Source of the DNA: an uncultured virus (IMG/VR IMGVR_UViG_3300014826_000003)
Lineage: Duplodnaviria > Heunggongvirae > Uroviricota > Caudoviricetes
Strand: one strand, 5' to 3'
IMG/VR virus record: IMGVR_UViG_3300014826_000003
Length of the DNA: 22,187 nucleotides
Positions 16,024-22,187 of the stretch are shown in pieces. How positions within the stretch are numbered: position 1 is the stretch's first letter; every line of letters begins with the position of its first letter. Made by a program: the position numbers and the translations under genes. Under the pieces are notes generated by a model. The model was not told the origin of the DNA. It saw only the letters and a list, made by a program, of their open reading frames with translations, and made no database searches.

Positions 16024-17735
16024 TTACATTCCTAAAGATACGTATAAAAGGTTTCTGTTCTTATGTAGAAGAAGTTACTGTAGATCTGAATACTCATCAG
16101 ACTACTCTGATAAAAGCTCCAAATGGTTTTGGTAAGAGTACTATATTCTCGGCTTTGACTTGGGCTTTGTATGGGAAATCTCTGAAAGGTAAGTCTGAGG
16201 TTAATACTTGGAAACAGTATCAACCTAAAGATTATACTGGTACTTTAGTTGAGGTATTCTTCCAAAGAGACGACAGTATCTACAAGGTAACTCGTTGTCA
16301 GAACTATACTGAGCTTCTCGATGATGGGGCTAAAGGTAAAGATCGTCTACTACTCCAGAAAGATGCAGAGGTTCTCAGTATTAAATCTAAAACCCAGATC
16401 CAGGATAAGCTGAATGAGGCAGTGGGTATGACATACAAGCTGTTCATCAATTCACTTATGTTTGGTCAAGGCATTAAGAGGTTGGTAGAGGAATCTAATG
16501 CAGATAAGAAGAAACTTTTCGAGGAAGCTTTTAATCTGAACTTTATCAACTTGGCTAAGGGCATAGCTACAGAAGAAAAGAATAAGGTATACAACGAAGT
16601 TAGGGACTTCGAATCTCAGTTGGAATCCCTAAAGAAAGAGTTAACTACTACTCATGAGGCTTTTAAAGATCTGTGGGAAAGGGAAAAGAACTTCCAAGAT
16701 ACTCTACGTAAAGAGAAGAAACGTTTAACAAAAGAACGTACTCGTTTAACTAAGGAACTTATTCAGATTAAGAAAACTTACAGTGAGGATAAGGAGAATC
16801 TAGTAGCTCTGAAGATTAAAAGAGTTAAGAAATCTTTAGAAGAAGTTAGAAATGGACTAGCAACTGCCAAGAAAGTTTCTAATATACCTCTTTTAGATCT
16901 GATTGAAGAGGTTATTAAATTATTGAAGAAAGGTAAAGTTAAGAAGGCTTTGGATAGTATGTTAAAAATCCGAAAAGCCTTCAAGGATATAGACAGATTA
17001 CAAGATGAAAGAGAAGAATTGCAAGATACTCTATCTACACTCCAGGACAAGCAGCGTAGTTTGGACAAATCAAGGAGAGAAGCTGATGAACTCTCTGATG
17101 AGATTGCGGAAGTTGATGAAAAGATCAGGACTCTTAAAACCGAAAAGCTAAAGGTCGTATCACCTAAGTATAAGAAGAAACAAGAGAAGATTAAAGAGGA
17201 GATTAAGGCTGTTAAAAGGCGGCTTAATAAATACCAAGAGAAGCTTGATGATTATGAGTGGCTTCTGAATGACCCTTTATCTAATAAGGGTATAAAAGCT
17301 TTCTTATTTGATTCAAGCCTCGACTTACTTAACCATACCTTGGATAGTTATGCTTCTGTACTTGGGTTCAGGATCTCCTTCGAAGTAGACTTAGGTTCTA
17401 CTAAGAAAGACTTCGTAACCTTGATCGAGAGAGATGGTATTATCATAGATTATGATGATCTATCTGGTGGTGAACGTCAGTTATGTAATGTAGCTATGGC
17501 TTTTGCTATGAATGAATCTATGACTGCCTCTAAGGGGATAAATATTGCTTTCTTGGATGAGGTATTTGAATCCCTTGATGCCGAGAACATAGAGTTAGTG
17601 ATCTCTCTGATCAATACGGTTTACGAGGATAAATCTCTATTCCTAATTACCCACCACGAATCATTACCATTGTCAAATGTTAAGACCATGCAGGTAGTAA
17701 AGGCACATGGTCGTAGTACCATTAAATTACTATAA
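16020..17735 (+). CDS. SbcC/Rad50-like ATPase
   Basis: Walker A APNGFGKST, Q-loop FGQG, long coiled coil, signature LSGGE, Walker B FLDEVF, ITH. Confidence 0.92.
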   Translation: MITFLKIRIKGFCSYVEEVTVDLNTHQTTLIKAPNGFGKSTIFSALTWALYGKSLKGKSEVNTWKQYQPKDYTGTLVEVFFQRDDSIYKVTRCQNYTELLDDGAKGKDRLLLQKDAEVLSIKSKTQIQDKLNEAVGMTYKLFINSLMFGQGIKRLVEESNADKKKLFEEAFNLNFINLAKGIATEEKNKVYNEVRDFESQLESLKKELTTTHEAFKDLWEREKNFQDTLRKEKKRLTKERTRLTKELIQIKKTYSEDKENLVALKIKRVKKSLEEVRNGLATAKKVSNIPLLDLIEEVIKLLKKGKVKKALDSMLKIRKAFKDIDRLQDEREELQDTLSTLQDKQRSLDKSRREADELSDEIAEVDEKIRTLKTEKLKVVSPKYKKKQEKIKEEIKAVKRRLNKYQEKLDDYEWLLNDPLSNKGIKAFLFDSSLDLLNHTLDSYASVLGFRISFEVDLGSTKKDFVTLIERDGIIIDYDDLSGGERQLCNVAMAFAMNESMTASKGINIAFLDEVFESLDAENIELVISLINTVYEDKSLFLITHHESLPLSNVKTMQVVKAHGRSTIKLL

Positions 17736-17758
17736 TGGTATAAACAAATGACAAGACA

Positions 17759-18286
17759 ATGAACAGTAAGAGAAAAGGTAACAAATTCGAAAGGGTCATC
17801 TCGAAATGGCTTTCTGAATGGTCCGGCTTTAAGTTTGAAAGGAATCGCGCCGGATCTGGGGCATGGCATTCTAACAAGGATGCCGGAGCTGATATAACCT
17901 GCACCGACCCAAGACATGCTCATCGGTGCAGGTTATCTATTGAGTGTAAATCTTATAGAGATATTCGTTTTGAACATACTCTATTAGGTACAAAGGGTAG
18001 TGAGATAGAAAAGTTTTGGAATCAGGCAGTAACTGATGCAAAACGAACTGGTAAAGTACCTATGCTTATAATGAGGTATAACTCTATGCCTAAAGAAGAG
18101 TTCTTCTTGGTAGTAGATTCAGACCTTGCCGATGGCTTCCTCACAGAAGGTATGTATGACCATCGATTCATGGCAATAAGTACGCCTGAGCTTTCCCTGT
18201 ATGTCTTTATGGCTAGTGCCGTTAAGAAAGAGGTATCTTATAAAGATATACATAAACTCGCTAAAAACCTATTAAAGAACTCCTAA
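17759..18286 (+). CDS. Holliday junction resolvase-like PD-(D/E)xK nuclease (Hjc type)
   Basis: KGNKFER, GADI, IECK, W..QA; follows sbcCD. Confidence 0.8.
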   Translation: MNSKRKGNKFERVISKWLSEWSGFKFERNRAGSGAWHSNKDAGADITCTDPRHAHRCRLSIECKSYRDIRFEHTLLGTKGSEIEKFWNQAVTDAKRTGKVPMLIMRYNSMPKEEFFLVVDSDLADGFLTEGMYDHRFMAISTPELSLYVFMASAVKKEVSYKDIHKLAKNLLKNS

Positions 18287-18301
18287 AAACTTCTTAGTCT
18301 T

Positions 18302-19021
18302 ATGAAAAAGAGGAAGAAATTCACTTATTGTATCTTCTATCTAGAGCGTAAGCTTTATAAGAAGATAAATGAACAGTTGGTAGATGAAGGATACACAAGA
18401 ATCAAAGCGATCGTGCCTACGGTTAATATCCTGAGGAAAACAATCAAAGGTAAGATGGTCTTTGAGGAAGAGCCTGTCCTATTCAACTATGGATTCATTA
18501 AGATGCCTACTGAGTGTGCTTTCTCACGTCCTTTCCTTAATAAGATGAAGAAGAAAATCCCCGGTATACATCACTGGCTTAAAAACACAGAGACCTTGCA
18601 CCCAAGAAGGAAGAAGGCCCGTATTGATAATGCAGAAGACTTTGATGATTTTTCAAAGGTAGCTACTGTTCCTAGATCAGAGGTACGTAGGTTCCTTAAG
18701 TTATCTAGGGAGAATAAGAAATACTCTCTAGATGATTTAGTAAATCTGAAGCCTGGAGATTATGTATCTCTTAATGGTTATCCTTATGATGGTGTAGGAG
18801 CTACAGTGGTAGAGGTTAATTACAATGATCGTACAGTACAACTTGAAATGAGTATACGAGAAAAAGGTACAATGCCTCTGGTACTGCCTTTCGATAATGT
18901 ACTGTACAGTGTATATCAAAACTATGATCCTGATAAGTTGTATGCTGGCTACTTGGATAAGAATCCTGAGAATATAACTCAAGAAGGTATAGATAACATT
19001 CTAAATCGTAAAACCTATTAA
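18302..19021 (+). CDS. NusG-family transcription elongation/antitermination factor
   Basis: NGN-like IKAIVPT...VLFNYGFI and KOW motif LKPGDYVSLNGYPYDGVGATVVEVN. Confidence 0.8.
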   Translation: MKKRKKFTYCIFYLERKLYKKINEQLVDEGYTRIKAIVPTVNILRKTIKGKMVFEEEPVLFNYGFIKMPTECAFSRPFLNKMKKKIPGIHHWLKNTETLHPRRKKARIDNAEDFDDFSKVATVPRSEVRRFLKLSRENKKYSLDDLVNLKPGDYVSLNGYPYDGVGATVVEVNYNDRTVQLEMSIREKGTMPLVLPFDNVLYSVYQNYDPDKLYAGYLDKNPENITQEGIDNILNRKTY

Positions 19022-19023
19022 GT

Positions 19024-20016
19024 ATGAATGATATACAAGAGATGGCTTGGAGTTGGTTATTGCCAAACGAGCAGAATAGTTTGTACCTTACTCTTGGTAC
19101 TGGTAAATCTTCTTGGGAAGCTGGTGAAATGCTAAAGATCTCTCACTATAAGTACCTTGAGATTAAGGAAAGGGCCGAGGTATTTTTTAAGTTATTTACC
19201 AATTTCTTAGAAAAGCACCCAAGTTTATTCAGGCCAGATGGACCTTGTCAAGAGGATTTCAAAGATTACATAGAAGCAGTACTATGCGATAGAAAGACTC
19301 GGAAAGAAGCAGCTCAAAAGACTGGGTACTCTGCAAACCTACTTTCAGAGGTATCTAATAGGAAGATAGAGAAGAATATCAAACGTCTCAAAGAATCCGA
19401 TAATGAGTGGGATATAGATACTCTGAAGTTAATCCTAGAATTTGATAGATGGAATAACTTTAGGATTCTTCCAAAAATGCTACAACAACCTTCTGCGTAT
19501 AAGCGTAGACTAAATAAGAAAGATAAGATATACATCAAATATCTGTTGAACGAGGATAAGATGCCTACTTGGTTGATAGAGAAGATAAAAGAGAAGTTCT
19601 ACTTCAAATCTCGTAAAGAAGATAATAAGTATTACGTTGCTCTAATCTCTAAGACCTTATATAAGGATGGCTACTTTGTTCTACCGATACGTAAAGATAA
19701 GGATGTGGTTAAAGAAATGAACCGCTTCTATATCTACGTATTTGCAGATAAGGATGATGCTGACTCTTTTGGGTTTATGATTGCCAATTACTTCTTGAAA
19801 ACTGCAAGAGTAAGGCTTGGGCTAAAGTTTTGGCCTGAATATAGGGAAGTAGTTCATAGAGCTGTTAACTATGCCAAGATAAACAACTTGGACTTCAATG
19901 TTAAAACGCTTGATATGGCCTATGAACCTTTGCATAAACACAAGAAGGCTAAGAAGAAGGCTAAAGAGGACCAAGGTTTCCTACGAGCAGATCCTCAGCT
20001 TTTTTATAAAAAATAA
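19024..20016 (+). CDS. Putative transcription regulator with a sigma70 region-4-like HTH
   Basis: AWSWLLPNEQNSLYL..G.GKSSWEAGEMLKIS...ERA fits the sigma-4 pattern; possible second HTH KTRKEAAQKTGYS. Confidence 0.55.
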   Translation: MNDIQEMAWSWLLPNEQNSLYLTLGTGKSSWEAGEMLKISHYKYLEIKERAEVFFKLFTNFLEKHPSLFRPDGPCQEDFKDYIEAVLCDRKTRKEAAQKTGYSANLLSEVSNRKIEKNIKRLKESDNEWDIDTLKLILEFDRWNNFRILPKMLQQPSAYKRRLNKKDKIYIKYLLNEDKMPTWLIEKIKEKFYFKSRKEDNKYYVALISKTLYKDGYFVLPIRKDKDVVKEMNRFYIYVFADKDDADSFGFMIANYFLKTARVRLGLKFWPEYREVVHRAVNYAKINNLDFNVKTLDMAYEPLHKHKKAKKKAKEDQGFLRADPQLFYKK

Positions 20017-20025
20017 AGAAAATAT

Positions 20026-20056
20026 TTTGTTATATCAAAAATTTATTGTAATTTTG
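20026..20056 (+). promoter_or_regulatory. Bacteroidota housekeeping-sigma promoter
   Basis: TTTG (20026-20029), 19-nt spacer, TAATTTTG (20049-20056) = TAnnTTTG, just upstream of ATG 20095. Confidence 0.8.
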
Positions 20057-20094
20057 CAGCAGAATTTTAAACTTTATACATTATTTATATAAGT

Positions 20095-20673
20095 ATGGCA
20101 CGGAAAAAGAAAGAACAAAGTCGGGAGAAGACATCATTCCTACGGGACTCATGCCACCACGACACTTACAGAGATCTAAAGAGGAAGGCTATCATCCTTG
20201 GTATGCCATTCCCAGATGCAACTGGTTGCGGAGTAATGCAATTGATAGCCTATATCAATAGGCCTGATACTCCTAATCCAAACCCAGACTTAATCGATGA
20301 ATATGACAAGTGGATGGATGCACAACTTGCTCAGACAGGTATTCCAGAAGATGATCCACTCAGAAGTTCAAGATTACGCCTGGGTTTTATCGGTGATACC
20401 GACGATGAAGGAAACGTTACAAAGAGGAAGAGAATCCCCGGTATCAAGAAATCTAAAATCAAAAAGCCTGCTCGGGAGAGGGATGAGTTTAACCTTCTAA
20501 AAGGTACTAAGAAGAGTTATACTTGGGAGCTCACTAAAAAGGGTATGGATATCGAAAGAATCATCCGAAGAGTTCTCAAGAAATTCCCTGAAGCTAACGA
20601 GAAATCCATCAGACTCTGGAATAGAGCTTGCTTAAGAGATATGAAGAAACATGGTAAAGATAAAGAGGGATAA
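20095..20673 (+). CDS. Hypothetical basic protein (192 aa)
   Basis: ORF directly downstream of the host-type promoter; helical, basic C-terminal domain. Confidence 0.75.
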   Translation: MARKKKEQSREKTSFLRDSCHHDTYRDLKRKAIILGMPFPDATGCGVMQLIAYINRPDTPNPNPDLIDEYDKWMDAQLAQTGIPEDDPLRSSRLRLGFIGDTDDEGNVTKRKRIPGIKKSKIKKPARERDEFNLLKGTKKSYTWELTKKGMDIERIIRRVLKKFPEANEKSIRLWNRACLRDMKKHGKDKEG

Positions 20674-21223
20674 ACGATTTGTATGGCCTGATCGGTATTA
20701 TATATGGACTTATATGCCGAAGAAGTACAGAAAGAGTACCGATCAAGTCCATAAGGACAGGCTCTACTATAAACATGTCTGTTGCATCCCTTATTTTACT
20801 AGAAGACATGCCAAACATGTCGTAGCATTCTTCCACGGAGTTAAAGCTCTAAAGGCTATCCACATAATAAGTGGTAAGAGGCTTATCCAACAAGGATTCT
20901 CTACTTTCAATATGAGGCAGAGAGTTGGTAGGAAGAGAATAGCTAGGGCAATCTTCTATAGAGATCAGGTAAGGTTTCTTAGGCAATGGGCTTATCCTCC
21001 AGAAGATCGTTATGATAAACATCGAAGAAGGCATTACATAGTAAAACTTAATAAGGCCTTTAAAAATGGAGGTCGTAACGGATTTAATAGGAAATACAAT
21101 GAGGTAAATTATGGCAATAGTTACAGAAGATTTAAAAGAGCTTATCTTCGGGGTCTTTACAAGAAGGCGGTATTCTCTATCTTACAGGAGATACAGGAAA
21201 CTAACTCCGGAGGAGAAGGCTGA
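20651..21223 (+). CDS. Hypothetical Arg/Lys/Tyr-rich protein (190 aa)
   Basis: Long ORF filling the gap between neighbours; overlaps both. Confidence 0.65.
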   Translation: MVKIKRDKRFVWPDRYYIWTYMPKKYRKSTDQVHKDRLYYKHVCCIPYFTRRHAKHVVAFFHGVKALKAIHIISGKRLIQQGFSTFNMRQRVGRKRIARAIFYRDQVRFLRQWAYPPEDRYDKHRRRHYIVKLNKAFKNGGRNGFNRKYNEVNYGNSYRRFKRAYLRGLYKKAVFSILQEIQETNSGGEG

Positions 21224-21728
21224 ATTCGATAAGTATAAAAAGGATTATGATCCTCGGGAATGGGGTTGGGCTCTTATTCTAAAAGAGGAACTCAAAACAC
21301 CTTTCCATCATCGACTATTTAGGCAAGTACACCGGTTCGGGAAAGAGGCCTATTTAGCTAATTCTTCTGAATGGATGTCTAAATATCGTACTGGTTCTAG
21401 AAGTGACCCTCTATTTATACCAGGTAATACCATTAAGGATAAGTTCCTTGAGCAGGAATTTATATTCCAGGGCTTTGTACCTTTAGATAAGTATAAGATA
21501 AAATTAGGGTATAACTACATCGCTTCTAACCGTGCTATCAATGGGAAATTCTATATTTATCCGAAAAGGTTATATGGAAGTGCTTGTTACTCAAAAGGCC
21601 CATCTAAAAGACATCCCGTACAATGGGAAGTTTGGGCTGGAGTTCCAGGCTGTACCAGAACCACTCAAGGTGATGAACAAGTTAAAAGTTTAATATTGAA
21701 TCAGAAATGGCAAATCAGACAAAGTTAA
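21111..21728 (+). CDS. Hypothetical protein (205 aa)
   Basis: Long ORF; the start is uncertain because of a 113-nt overlap with the upstream ORF. Confidence 0.65.
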   Translation: MAIVTEDLKELIFGVFTRRRYSLSYRRYRKLTPEEKAEFDKYKKDYDPREWGWALILKEELKTPFHHRLFRQVHRFGKEAYLANSSEWMSKYRTGSRSDPLFIPGNTIKDKFLEQEFIFQGFVPLDKYKIKLGYNYIASNRAINGKFYIYPKRLYGSACYSKGPSKRHPVQWEVWAGVPGCTRTTQGDEQVKSLILNQKWQIRQS

Positions 21729-21919
21729 ATGTACACGGGCCTCAATCCGATTATCCTATGGTTAGGCAATTGGTTACAAGGCAAGGAACTGAAGTTCTAG
21801 GTTCAGAAGAAAAAACCTTAGACTCTATGGCAGATTTCGAAACTCTACTAGAAGAGGTGAAACAATTTAACACCGATCCTCAAAACAAGGATAAGGGTAT
21901 AACTCAAATTATATGTTAA
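21707..21919 (+). CDS. Small hypothetical protein (70 aa)
   Basis: Co-directional ORF filling the space between neighbours. Confidence 0.6.
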   Translation: MANQTKLNVHGPQSDYPMVRQLVTRQGTEVLGSEEKTLDSMADFETLLEEVKQFNTDPQNKDKGITQIIC

Positions 21920-21941
21920 ACATTTTAAAACATTAACAAAC

Positions 21942-22187
<246 letters not shown>

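Noticed and set aside
215..21034. Short minus-strand and nested ORFs from the track (e.g. 3251-3580, 4312-4617, 9994-10278, 16778-17068, 17621-17923, 6068-6319, 12697-12969, 19898-20092)
   Set aside because: They lie within or opposite well-supported + strand genes and have no motifs; they are shadow ORFs.

Overview
This is a 22 kb, AT-rich, gene-dense stretch with essentially every gene on the + strand. It looks like the DNA replication, recombination and nucleotide-metabolism block of a large dsDNA phage. The host is probably a Bacteroidota member, because there is a canonical TTTG-N19-TAnnTTTG promoter at 20026-20056 and most starts have A-rich leaders without a Shine-Dalgarno sequence. 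Recognisable genes, in order: 3' end of an HTH-bearing ORF, SF2 (UvsW-like) helicase, trimeric dUTPase, all-alpha NTP pyrophosphatase, two thymidylate-synthase-fold genes, family A DNA polymerase, UvsY-like protein, GroES-like protein, gp32-like SSB, RecA/UvsX, 5'-3' exonuclease, dNMP kinase, SbcD/SbcC, Holliday junction resolvase, a NusG paralog and a sigma-region-4-like HTH protein. The window ends in a truncated poly-Asp protein. The most interesting part is the cluster at 3365-7307. It looks like a pre-replicative cytosine-modification system built from duplicated, asymmetric enzyme pairs: an intact dUTPase plus a catalytically dead paralog on a His-rich coiled-coil stalk, an internally duplicated split-motif NTP pyrophosphatase, and two TS-fold proteins that both carry the dCMP-type Asp. 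Immediately downstream is a PolA with altered conserved motifs. All calls come from reading motifs by eye; no database searches were run.
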